Positions 22,467 to 31,209 of a stretch of DNA of 48,083 nt are shown here, piece after piece. The position numbers and the translations under genes were made by a program. The stretch lies in NCBI GenBank assembly GCA_016217835.1, contig JACRFQ010000014.1, forward strand, positions 1 to 48,083, given 5' to 3'. Each line of letters starts with the position of its first letter. Within the stretch, counting starts at the first letter, position 1. This DNA comes from Candidatus Levyibacteriota bacterium. GTDB taxonomy: Bacteria; Patescibacteriota; Microgenomatia; Levybacterales; UBA12049. The notes below the pieces were generated by a model. The model worked only from the letters and a program-made list of their open reading frames with translations. It had not been told where the DNA came from and did no database searches.

Positions 22467-22553
22467 AGCAAAATGAGCATAGCACTTTAGGGCTATTTTA
22501 CGCAAGAATATGATTGACTAGGGTTCAATTATTTGTTAGGATAGGAAAGCTAT

Positions 22554-22628
22554 GGGGTGGTAGCTCAGTTTGGTTAGAGCGCTTCCCTGTCACGGAAGAG
22601 GTCGCGGGTTCGAGTCCCGTTCACCCCG
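22554..22628 (+). tRNA. tRNA-Asp(GTC)
   Basis: GGGGTGG/TCACCCC acceptor, CTTCC-CTGTCAC-GGAAG anticodon arm; promoter TTGACT(22514-22519)-17-TAGGAT(22537-22542). Confidence 0.96.
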
Positions 22629-22685
22629 CACATAGCTAAAATCTTCTGCCTAAAATATATCTTCTGTCCGGAAAGGAGGATTATT

Positions 22686-23285
22686 ATGGCTAAAAAAACA
22701 AAATTGAAAAAACCTTCGGTAAGAATTGTTAAATCATCACCTAAAAAACAAGACGGTTTTTTATTTCAAATTAAATGGGGTGAGTCCTATACAAGTTTAT
22801 TTTTGGGAGCAGTAGTCGTTTTAGTTGCATTGGTATTGGTATTTTCATTTTTCAAATCTAAAAATACTCAAACAGGTTTATCATCAGATACTAATTTAAC
22901 AAACGAAACAGTATTGCCACAATCTTATACTGTAAAAGCAGGCGACGATCTATGGTCAATTGCTGAAAAAATATATGGTTCGGGTTACAACTGGATTGAT
23001 TTGGCAAAGGCTAATAAATTAGAAAATCCAAGCGTTTTGTATGTTGGAACAAAATTATCGGTTCCTGATGTTAAAGTATTGGCAAAAACAGTTGAGGTAA
23101 AAAATACTCAATCAAAAAATACAATTACAGGCAATACCTATTCGGTTGTAAAAGGAGATTATCTTTGGGATATTGCAGTTAGAGCATACGGAGACGGATA
23201 CAAATGGGTTGAAATTGCAAGAGTAAATAAACTTGTAAATCCAAATGTAATTCATTCCGGAAACGTGTTTTTACTTCCTAGATAA
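22686..23285 (+). CDS. Membrane-anchored protein with two LysM domains
   Basis: One TM helix, then YTVKAGDDLWSIA...AKAN and YSVVKGDYLWDIA...ARVN; GAAAGGAGG SD. Confidence 0.9.
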   Translation: MAKKTKLKKPSVRIVKSSPKKQDGFLFQIKWGESYTSLFLGAVVVLVALVLVFSFFKSKNTQTGLSSDTNLTNETVLPQSYTVKAGDDLWSIAEKIYGSGYNWIDLAKANKLENPSVLYVGTKLSVPDVKVLAKTVEVKNTQSKNTITGNTYSVVKGDYLWDIAVRAYGDGYKWVEIARVNKLVNPNVIHSGNVFLLPR

Positions 23286-23329
23286 TTTTATAAATAAATT
23301 TATTACTGTATAATAGCTTTAAGCTTTAT

Positions 23330-23401
23330 GCGGTAGTAGTTCAGTGGTAGAATGTCTCCTTCCCAAGGAGAAGGTCGCCGGTTCGAATCCGGTCTGCCGC
23401 T
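23330..23401 (+). tRNA. tRNA-Gly(CCC)
   Basis: GCGGTAG/CTGCCGC acceptor, TCTCC-TTCCCAA-GGAGA anticodon arm, GGTTCGAATCC. Confidence 0.96.
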
Positions 23402-23404
23402 CAT

Positions 23405-23431
23405 AAAAATACTGGGCTTTAACCCAGTATT
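23405..23431 (-). terminator. Intrinsic terminator-like hairpin
   Basis: Inverted repeat AATACTGGG-N6-CCCAGTATT; a T5 run follows the stem on the minus strand only. Confidence 0.6.
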
Positions 23432-23546
23432 CACGAAGTGTATTGGTCATATATCTCCTTCAGGGTGTTAAATTTATACCCAAATCCCCATTTTGTCAAG
23501 ATGACGATTTATATAAAAGAATATAGAAATATCACAAAATTTATAC

Positions 23547-23575
23547 TTGACCTTTGTTTTTAATTTTGATACTAT
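23547..23575 (+). promoter_or_regulatory. Sigma70 promoter of pyrG (leaderless arrangement)
   Basis: TTGACC-17-TACTAT with a TG extension; GTG start follows after 5 nt. Confidence 0.65.
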
Positions 23576-23580
23576 AAATC

Positions 23581-25251
23581 GTGCCCACCAGAAAAAAAAC
23601 TACAAAATATATCTTTGTTTCAGGCGGTGTAATTTCCGGAATCGGAAAAGGAACCACCGCTGCTTCTATCGCGCTACTTTTAAAATCTGCAGGTTATAAA
23701 ATTGCTCCCATTAAGTTTGAAAACTATTTAAATATTGACGCGGGAACAATCAATCCCATAGAACACGGTGATCCATTTTTGTGTGAAGACGGAACAGAAA
23801 CAGACATGGATATCGGCACATACGAAAAGTTTTTAAACGAAGACATGGGCGAAGATAATTTTGTCACAATCGGAAAAATTTATAAAACAGTCATAGACAG
23901 GGAAAGACGGTTTGAATATAACGGCGAAGACGTAGAGGCAATTCCTTATATTACAGATGAAATTATCGGAAGAATAGAAATTTTAGCAAAAAAGAAAAAG
24001 GCAGATATTGTAATCATTGAATTGGGAGGAACTGCCGGAGAATATCAGAATATATTTTACTATGAAGCTTCCCGCATGATGACCCTAAAAAAGCCAGAAG
24101 ACGTAATTCATATTCACGTAAGTTACGTGCCGACTCCCGGTCATTTAGGTGAGCCAAAAACAAAGCCAACACAACTGTCCGTAAGAACTCTAAATTCAAT
24201 GGGTATTCAGCCTGATTTTATAATCACCAGAGGCGAAAAATACTTAGATCAAAGAAGAAAAGACAGATTAGCGCTTTTTTGTAATATGCATGACGATGAC
24301 ATTATCTCGAGTCCGGATTTGCCTTCGGTTTATGAAATTCCGCTGGTTTTACATAAGCAAGGACTTGATAGGAAAATTTTGAAAAAATTAGGACTTAAAG
24401 TCGTAACTCCAAATTTAAAAGAATGGATAAAGTTTGTTGAGAGCACAAAAAATACCAAAAATGAAATTGAAATAGCAATTGTAGGTAAGTATTTTGATAC
24501 AGGAGAATATCAATTAAAAGATTCTTATGCGGCGCTTTTTGACGCAATTGATCATGCGTCATGGAAAAAAAGTGTGGTTGTTAAAACAAGGTGGGTTGAT
24601 GCAGAAAGAATTGAAAAAGATGGCGCTGAAAAAATTATCGGAAAACCAAACGGAATTATTGTTCCGATTGGCTGGGGAGAAAGAGGGGCAGAGGGCATGA
24701 TTAAAGCTGCTTCTTATGCAAGAGAAAATAAAGTTCCTTATTTGGGGCTTTGTTACGGTATGCAGTTGGCAGCGGTTTCTTATGCCAGGGATGTTTTAGG
24801 ATTTAAAGACGCAAATACGGTTGAAAATGACAAAAAATCAAAACATCCTGTGATTTATTTTATTCCTACTCAAAAAGAGCTTTTAGAAAAAAAAGCCTAT
24901 GGCGGCACAATGAGGCTTGGCGGATGGGATGCATTAGTTAAAAAAGGGACAAGGGCTTTCGAAATTTATAATAAATATAATGGTTTTAAAAATAAGTCAA
25001 ATAGTTTAACCAGTGAAAGACACAGACACAGATATGAATTTAATAATAAATATGCCAATGATTTTGAGAAAGCAGGATTTACAATAAGTGCTAGATCGGT
25101 TAAAGAAAATTTAGTTGAAATAATGGAGCTACCAAAAATCACACATCCGTTTTATTTGGGAACCCAGGGTCATCCTGAATATAAAAGCAGACCATTATTG
25201 CCACATCCCATATTTTTAGAATTCATTGAAGCTTGCGCATCAAAGTATTGA
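23581..25251 (+). CDS. pyrG: CTP synthase
   Basis: KYIFVSGGVISGIGKG, KTKPTQ, GLCYGMQ, ERHRHRYE, QGHPE. Confidence 0.97.
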   Translation: MPTRKKTTKYIFVSGGVISGIGKGTTAASIALLLKSAGYKIAPIKFENYLNIDAGTINPIEHGDPFLCEDGTETDMDIGTYEKFLNEDMGEDNFVTIGKIYKTVIDRERRFEYNGEDVEAIPYITDEIIGRIEILAKKKKADIVIIELGGTAGEYQNIFYYEASRMMTLKKPEDVIHIHVSYVPTPGHLGEPKTKPTQLSVRTLNSMGIQPDFIITRGEKYLDQRRKDRLALFCNMHDDDIISSPDLPSVYEIPLVLHKQGLDRKILKKLGLKVVTPNLKEWIKFVESTKNTKNEIEIAIVGKYFDTGEYQLKDSYAALFDAIDHASWKKSVVVKTRWVDAERIEKDGAEKIIGKPNGIIVPIGWGERGAEGMIKAASYARENKVPYLGLCYGMQLAAVSYARDVLGFKDANTVENDKKSKHPVIYFIPTQKELLEKKAYGGTMRLGGWDALVKKGTRAFEIYNKYNGFKNKSNSLTSERHRHRYEFNNKYANDFEKAGFTISARSVKENLVEIMELPKITHPFYLGTQGHPEYKSRPLLPHPIFLEFIEACASKY

Positions 25252-25284
25252 GTAATCTTAAAATTTAAGCTATAATACTAACTT

Positions 25285-25572
25285 ATGATTGCAAGTATTG
25301 ATTTTGTTCCAGGGGATATTTTAAAAGTCTACCAAAAAATTAAAGAAGGAGAAAAAACAAGAATTCAGATTTTTGAAGGTGTTGTTTTGGGTATTAACGG
25401 ACGAGGCGAAAATAAAATGTTTACTGTTAGAAAATTAGTCGGAGATGTTGCTGTTGAAAAGATTTTTCCGGTTTATTCACCAAATATAGAAAAAACAGTT
25501 GTTAAAGCTCATTCTAAAAATAAAGTAAATAAAGCAAAACTTTATCATCTTCGCGAGAAACATAACAATTAA
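25285..25572 (+). CDS. rplS: 50S ribosomal protein L19
   Basis: [28 protein letters not shown]; promoter TTGAGT-17-TATAAT(25271-25276). Confidence 0.95.
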   Translation: MIASIDFVPGDILKVYQKIKEGEKTRIQIFEGVVLGINGRGENKMFTVRKLVGDVAVEKIFPVYSPNIEKTVVKAHSKNKVNKAKLYHLREKHNN

Positions 25573-25577
25573 TTTTT

Positions 25578-25943
25578 ATGTTTATTCCAAATCCGGTTGC
25601 CAGGCTTGGAGAAGAAAAAGCTTGTCGATACCTCATTAAAAACGGCTACAAAATTATTGAAAGAAATTTCCGAAAAGGCTACGGCGAAATAGATATTGTA
25701 TCGATACATCAAAATATTTTAGTTTTTGTTGAAGTTAAAACAAGAACTTCAAATTTATATGGCGGGGCAATAGATGCAATTTCACCTCAAAAAATTAAAA
25801 AGTTAGTAAGAACTGCGCAGTTTTATAAAATGCTTCATCCAAAATTACCGGATGCCTTAAGGATAGACGCAATTCTAATAGATTTAAATTCAAATAAAGA
25901 AGTATTAAATTTTAAACACGTCGAAAATATTAGTGGGTTTTAA
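25578..25943 (+). CDS. yraN: YraN/UPF0102 PD-(D/E)xK family protein
   Basis: GEEKACRYL, GEIDIV, FVEVKTR, RID. Confidence 0.9.
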   Translation: MFIPNPVARLGEEKACRYLIKNGYKIIERNFRKGYGEIDIVSIHQNILVFVEVKTRTSNLYGGAIDAISPQKIKKLVRTAQFYKMLHPKLPDALRIDAILIDLNSNKEVLNFKHVENISGF

Positions 25944-27918
25944 GAAGTTTTATCTGCTCCCGCAGTATAGTTGCCGTTTCAAAATCCAAATCTTTTGCAG
26001 CCTCCCTCATTTCTTTTGTCAGTTTTTTAATTAATTTTGCTTTATCATCGGGAAGTATGACTTCTTTTTTTGTTAATGTCAGTAAATAATTTAAATCTTG
26101 CGCTTTTTGTTCGTGTTCAATCAATTTTCCTCTGATTGTTTTAAAAATTGTTTTTGGAGTAATATTATGTTTTTTGTTGTAAGCAATTTGGATATCGCGT
26201 CTTCTGTTTACCTCATCAATTGCTGCTTTCATAGATCCTGTAACCGAATCTGCATACATAATAACTTGCGAGTCAACATTTCTGGCAGCTCTTCCCATGG
26301 TTTGAATTAGTGAAGTTTTGTTTCTCAAAAACCCTTCTTTACCGGCGTCTAAAATTACAACGAGGGCTACTTCGGGTAAATCTAACCCTTCTCTTAATAA
26401 ATTAATTCCGATTAAAACATCGTGCTCTCCGCTTCGTAATTTATCTAAAACATCCTGCCTTTTTAAAGTTTCAATGTCTGAGTGAAGGTAAGAAACCTTA
26501 ATATCCCTTTCTTCCAAATATGAAGACAGGTCTTCGGACATTCTTTTTGTAAGTGTGGTTATAAGGACTCTTTGCTTCTTTTTAACTCTTGCAGCAATTT
26601 CTTTTATTAAATCCTCAATTTGTCCTTTTGTAGGCTTAACGCTGATTTGAGGATCGATTAATCCCGTAGGTCTTATTAATTGTTCGGTAACTGCATCATT
26701 TTCCTTGGCAAGACTGATTTCATAATCATTAGGAGTTGCGCTGACATAAATTGTCTTATCAACTCTTTTCATAAATTCTTCAAATCTTAAGGGCCTGTTA
26801 TCCAGTGCCGATGGAAGTCTAAATCCGTAATCGATTAGGGTTTGTTTTCTTGATCTGTCACCGTGATACATACCTCTAATCTGGGGAACTGTAATGTGTG
26901 ATTCATCAATAATTGTTAAAAAATCATTGTTGCATTCTTTAAAATAATTTAAAAGAGTATATGGAGGTTCTCCCGGTTTTCTGCCGTCAAAGTAACTTGA
27001 ATAATTTTCAATGCCGTTTACAAACCCAACTTCGTCTATCATTTCTAAATCATAGTTTGTTTTTTGTAAGAGTCTGTGAGCTTCCAGCATTTTTCCCTGG
27101 CTTTTTAATTCATCAACGCGGATTGCAAGGTCTTTTTTAATTTTTGGAAAAATATCTTTGTAGGTTTGTGGGTTAGTCATATAATGTTTTGCAGGATAAA
27201 TTACAGAGCCCTCCAGTATTTTAATTGTGTCTCCTGTGATTGGGTCAAATTCAACTAAATTTTCTATTTTATCGTTTGAGATAGTAATTTTTATGCCATA
27301 ATCTAAATACGCCGGAAATAAATCAATGTCTTCGCCTCTGACCCTAAAAGTGCCCCGGCTGAATTCATAATCATTTCTTTCGTACTGAAGATCTGTGAGT
27401 CGTAAAATAATATCTTTTTGTGTAAGCTTAATGTCTGGTTTTAATTCCAAAACAAATTTTCCGTATTCTAAAGGCGAACCCAAATTATAAATGCAAGAAA
27501 CCGAGGCAACTACGATTACATCATTCCTCGTTAAAAGGTTAGCAGTAGCTGAAAGTCTTAATTTATCAATTTCCTCGTTTATCTGAACTTCTTTTTCAAT
27601 ATATGTGTCATTTTGCGGAATGTAAGCTTCTGGCTGATAATAATCATAATAAGAAACAAAATAACAAACTATATTATTTGGAAAAAAATCTCTAAACTCC
27701 TGATAAAGTTGAGCGGCGAGTGTTTTATTGTGTGAAATTACAAGTGTTGGCTTTTGAATTTTTTGAATAACATTTGCCATGGTAAATGTTTTACCACTGC
27801 CTGTAACGCCTAAAAGTACTTGATTTTTAAAATTACTTTTAAGTCCTTTGGCTAGCTTTTCTATAGCCTGCGGTTGGTCTCCCGTAGGTTTAAATTTTGA
27901 TTCAAGTTTAAACTGCAT
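25930..27918 (-). CDS. uvrB: Excinuclease ABC subunit B
   Basis: PTGDQP, GVTGSGKT, YYDYYQPEAY, DESH, GRAARN, C-terminal UVR domain; ATG 27918 (MQFKL). Confidence 0.97.
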   Translation of the reverse strand: MQFKLESKFKPTGDQPQAIEKLAKGLKSNFKNQVLLGVTGSGKTFTMANVIQKIQKPTLVISHNKTLAAQLYQEFRDFFPNNIVCYFVSYYDYYQPEAYIPQNDTYIEKEVQINEEIDKLRLSATANLLTRNDVIVVASVSCIYNLGSPLEYGKFVLELKPDIKLTQKDIILRLTDLQYERNDYEFSRGTFRVRGEDIDLFPAYLDYGIKITISNDKIENLVEFDPITGDTIKILEGSVIYPAKHYMTNPQTYKDIFPKIKKDLAIRVDELKSQGKMLEAHRLLQKTNYDLEMIDEVGFVNGIENYSSYFDGRKPGEPPYTLLNYFKECNNDFLTIIDESHITVPQIRGMYHGDRSRKQTLIDYGFRLPSALDNRPLRFEEFMKRVDKTIYVSATPNDYEISLAKENDAVTEQLIRPTGLIDPQISVKPTKGQIEDLIKEIAARVKKKQRVLITTLTKRMSEDLSSYLEERDIKVSYLHSDIETLKRQDVLDKLRSGEHDVLIGINLLREGLDLPEVALVVILDAGKEGFLRNKTSLIQTMGRAARNVDSQVIMYADSVTGSMKAAIDEVNRRRDIQIAYNKKHNITPKTIFKTIRGKLIEHEQKAQDLNYLLTLTKKEVILPDDKAKLIKKLTKEMREAAKDLDFETATILREQIKLLKTH

Positions 27919-27994
27919 GAGCTTAATTTTAACATAAATTGATACAGTCTGACTTCTTGACAAAGTTCTATTAATTTTCGTATAAAATATACAT
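27919..27994. promoter_or_regulatory. Divergent uvrB/lexA promoter region
   Basis: Minus strand: TGt-TAAAAT (27931-27926) 7 nt before the uvrB ATG. Plus strand: TTGACA (27957-27962) with TATAAA/TAAAAT (27981-27988) just before the lexA ATG. Confidence 0.6.
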
Positions 27995-28621
27995 ATGGCC
28001 GGAGTACTATACAAAAAAGAAAGAGAAGTTTTGGAATTTTTAGCGCAATTTCAAAAACAATATGGTTATTCACCCACATTGGCTGAAATTGCAGCCGGAA
28101 CCGGACACAGAAGCAATTCAACTGTTCATTCACTAATTAAATCGCTGGTTGAAAAGGGTTATGTTCAAAAAGTCGACGGCAATACAAGGGTATTAAAAAT
28201 TGTTGATGATAAAGTCACGCTTTCGCTTACAGGAAGTAAGCCCGCAATAGAATTACCCCTGCTTGGATTTATCGCAGCAGGGAGCCCCTTAGAGCCTCAC
28301 ACAGACCCAAATGCGTCCTTTTTCGTATCGGCATCTCTTTTGTCGGGGAAAAATACCGCTTATGTACTACAAGTTAAAGGAAATTCAATGATTGAGGATG
28401 GTATTTTAGATGGGGATTTTGTAGTTATAGAAAAAATGTCCGAAGCCGCAAACGGAGATATAGTGGTTGCAATTGTAGATGATAATTTAGCAACCCTTAA
28501 AAAGTTTTATAAAGAAAACGATAGAATTGTTTTAAAACCTGCAAATTCAGAAATGTCTCCAATTTATCCAAATCATTTAACAATTCAGGGCAAAGCTGTT
28601 GGGATCGTTAGAAAATTCTAA
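27995..28621 (+). CDS. lexA: SOS repressor LexA
   Basis: wHTH (YSPTLAEIA...LVEKGY), Ala-Gly cleavage site IAAGSP, catalytic GNSM and TLKK. Confidence 0.95.
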   Translation: MAGVLYKKEREVLEFLAQFQKQYGYSPTLAEIAAGTGHRSNSTVHSLIKSLVEKGYVQKVDGNTRVLKIVDDKVTLSLTGSKPAIELPLLGFIAAGSPLEPHTDPNASFFVSASLLSGKNTAYVLQVKGNSMIEDGILDGDFVVIEKMSEAANGDIVVAIVDDNLATLKKFYKENDRIVLKPANSEMSPIYPNHLTIQGKAVGIVRKF

Positions 28622-28634
28622 TAAGAAACAAAAG

Positions 28635-29258
28635 CTATTTTTTAAATTTGATTAATTTTAATTTGTGATTTATATACCAAAGACCAGCCAGTACCACAAA
28701 AACCAAAATAACTAATTCAAATTTTCTAAAATATCCTCCGAGTACGCTCCACTTGCTTCCAAGATAAAAACCTACATAGGAAACAACCGAAACATAGATA
28801 ATTCCACCTAAAAGCGCGCTGATAATAAATTTATAAAATTTAATTTCTGTAATTCCAGCGGCTACTGCGATAAAAGATTTTATGCCGGGGGTCATTTTGC
28901 CGATAAAAACAACAGGACTGCCGTATTTTTTCATCCAATTAGTGGCCTTAAGATAATCATGTTCGGTTAAGAGTATAATTTTTCCGTACTTTTTAATAAG
29001 AGAAAGTAATAAATTTTCTTCCAAAAAAAATCCGATTGCATAACCAATACTGGATCCTACCAAATCTCCTAAAATTCCAATAATAATTACATATAATAAA
29101 GATAGGCTTCCCTGATTCGATAGAAATCCTGCGAAGGGTAGCGTTACTTCAGACGGAATAGGAATTGCAGCGGCGTTTAAAACCATCAATAAAAATATGC
29201 CAAGATAGCCTGTGGATTGAATTAGATGTATAATAAAGCCTGTTAATTGTTCGAGCAT
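28635..29258 (-). CDS. DedA family membrane protein
   Basis: GYLGIFLLM, PIPSEVTLPFAG, KYG, AG...F, GFYLG. Confidence 0.88.
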   Translation of the reverse strand: MLEQLTGFIIHLIQSTGYLGIFLLMVLNAAAIPIPSEVTLPFAGFLSNQGSLSLLYVIIIGILGDLVGSSIGYAIGFFLEENLLLSLIKKYGKIILLTEHDYLKATNWMKKYGSPVVFIGKMTPGIKSFIAVAAGITEIKFYKFIISALLGGIIYVSVVSYVGFYLGSKWSVLGGYFRKFELVILVFVVLAGLWYINHKLKLIKFKK

Positions 29259-29957
29259 ATGGGTAATTTATACATTGTAGCAACACCGATCGGTAATTTA
29301 CAAGACATTACTTTAAGAGCAATGGATACATTGAGTTTTGTTGATTTTTTATTGTGCGAAGACGTAAGAACAACTTCAAATTTATTAAATTTCATCAATA
29401 AGAGATTAGAAAATGAAGGCAAAAAACCAAGATTAATCCCTTTATATGAAGGAAATGAAGTAAAAGTAATTTCTGAAGTAATTTTGGCGCTTAAAAATGA
29501 TTCCAATATAGCAATTGTATCTGATGCAGGTACTCCTACTATATCCGATCCAGGATTTAAGCTTGTAAGAGAATGCATAAAAGAGGGGATTAAAGTAATG
29601 TCAATTCCGGGACCAACATCTTTGATTTCAGCTTTAGTTTCTTCAGGACTTCCAACAGATAAATTTTTATTTATGGGTTTTTTACCCAAAAAACAGGGTC
29701 ATAAAAAAACAACACTTGAAAATATAAAAAAATCTTTAAAATTAATAAATTCAACTGTGATTATTTTTGAATCACCTCATAGGATAATCGCAACGCTGGA
29801 AGAAATAAAAGAAGAATTTGGCGATATAGAAATAGTTGTTGCAAGGGAACTGACAAAAATTCATGAAGAAATAAGAAAAGATTTAATAAGTAATCAAATA
29901 AGTCATTATAAAAAGGGCATCAAGGGAGAAATAGTTTTACTTTTCAATCTAAAGTGA
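29259..29957 (+). CDS. rsmI: 16S rRNA (cytidine1402-2'-O)-methyltransferase
   Basis: MGNLYIVATPIGNLQDIT, VSDAGTPTISDPG, FESPHR, RELTKIHEE. Confidence 0.95.
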   Translation: MGNLYIVATPIGNLQDITLRAMDTLSFVDFLLCEDVRTTSNLLNFINKRLENEGKKPRLIPLYEGNEVKVISEVILALKNDSNIAIVSDAGTPTISDPGFKLVRECIKEGIKVMSIPGPTSLISALVSSGLPTDKFLFMGFLPKKQGHKKTTLENIKKSLKLINSTVIIFESPHRIIATLEEIKEEFGDIEIVVARELTKIHEEIRKDLISNQISHYKKGIKGEIVLLFNLK

Positions 29958-31208
29958 TTTAATTTGTTTTTCGATTTGCAAAAGCCTGTTATATTTTGCA
30001 ACTCTTTCGCCTCTGACAGGAGCTCCGAATTTTACATAGTCGGCCGAAGCTGCAACGGCAAAATCTGCGATAAAATCGTCATTTGTTTCTTGAGAACGGT
30101 GGGAAACAATAATTTTTAAACCAGCCTGTCTTGCCATTTCAACAACTGCTAATGCTTCAATAACCGTACCGATTTGGTTAGGTTTAATAATAATTCCGGT
30201 AATAGTTTTTTTATCAAGAGCGGTTTGAAGCCTATATGGATTTGTAACTGTTAAATCGTCTCCGACGATAAGCATCTGCGCTGATAGTTGTGAGCAAAGC
30301 TTGGTCCAGCCGTCCCAATCATCTTCGGAAAGACCGTCTTCCAGGTAAAGGAGATGGAAATCTTTACCCAGTAATTCATAAAAAGAAATAATATCGTCGC
30401 TGCCAAGCCCAGCCTGCTTATCTTTTATGTGATATCTTTGATCAATATATAAACTATTTGTCGCAGCATCTAACCCCAAAAAGACATCGAATCCGATTCT
30501 TAAATTTATTGATTCTGTAGCTTGTTTAAGAAGAGTCAGGGCGTCTTGATTAGAGGCAACCGCGGGTGAAAATCCGCCTTCATCTCCAATAAGGGTCGAT
30601 AAATTATTGATTTGTAGATGCTTTTCAAGCGCAAAATAAACAGAAGTGCCGATATTAAGCGATTCTTCATAGGATTTTGATGTAGCCGGGATTAGTAAAA
30701 ATTCCTGAAAATCAATTGTTCCGCGGGCATGTTTTCCACCGTTAATAATGTTAAAAGCAGGGGTGGGGATTTTTAAAGGCATGTTTTCTTTTTTAATGTA
30801 TTCCCTTAAGTATAAAAACAAAGGTAAAACAGAGCTTTTGGCTGCAGCTTTGGCAACCGCCATTGAAACAGATAATGTTGCATTTGCACCAAGCCTGCCC
30901 TTATTATGTGTACCGTCTAAATCAATCATTTTTTTATCAATATCTTGTTGTTTTGAAGCTTCAATTCCCATAAGTGCAGGAGAGATAATTTCATTTATGT
31001 TTAAAATTGCGTTGTTTACTCCAAATCCCTGAAATCTTTTTTCTTCGTTATCTCTTATTTCTACAGCTTCGTATTTCCCCGTTGAAGTGCCTGATGGGCA
31101 AGACGCTGTGCCCGTTGATCCGTCCGTTAAGACAACAGTTGTTTCAATTGTTGGATGACCCTTTGCGTTTAATATTTCTCTTGCAAAGATTTGTTTAATT
31201 TTTGCCAT
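29949..31208 (-). CDS. eno: Enolase
   Basis: PSG-STG, GG-HA, QEF, GDEGGF, VGDDL, IKPNQIG, SHRS, AKYNRLLQIE. Confidence 0.95.
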   Translation of the reverse strand: MAKIKQIFAREILNAKGHPTIETTVVLTDGSTGTASCPSGTSTGKYEAVEIRDNEEKRFQGFGVNNAILNINEIISPALMGIEASKQQDIDKKMIDLDGTHNKGRLGANATLSVSMAVAKAAAKSSVLPLFLYLREYIKKENMPLKIPTPAFNIINGGKHARGTIDFQEFLLIPATSKSYEESLNIGTSVYFALEKHLQINNLSTLIGDEGGFSPAVASNQDALTLLKQATESINLRIGFDVFLGLDAATNSLYIDQRYHIKDKQAGLGSDDIISFYELLGKDFHLLYLEDGLSEDDWDGWTKLCSQLSAQMLIVGDDLTVTNPYRLQTALDKKTITGIIIKPNQIGTVIEALAVVEMARQAGLKIIVSHRSQETNDDFIADFAVAASADYVKFGAPVRGERVAKYNRLLQIEKQIKSL

Positions 31209-31209
31209 A

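Noticed and set aside
29949-31208. Divergent enolase motifs (SHRSQET, RGER) as possible inactivation
   Set aside because: The catalytic and metal-binding residues are all recognisable.
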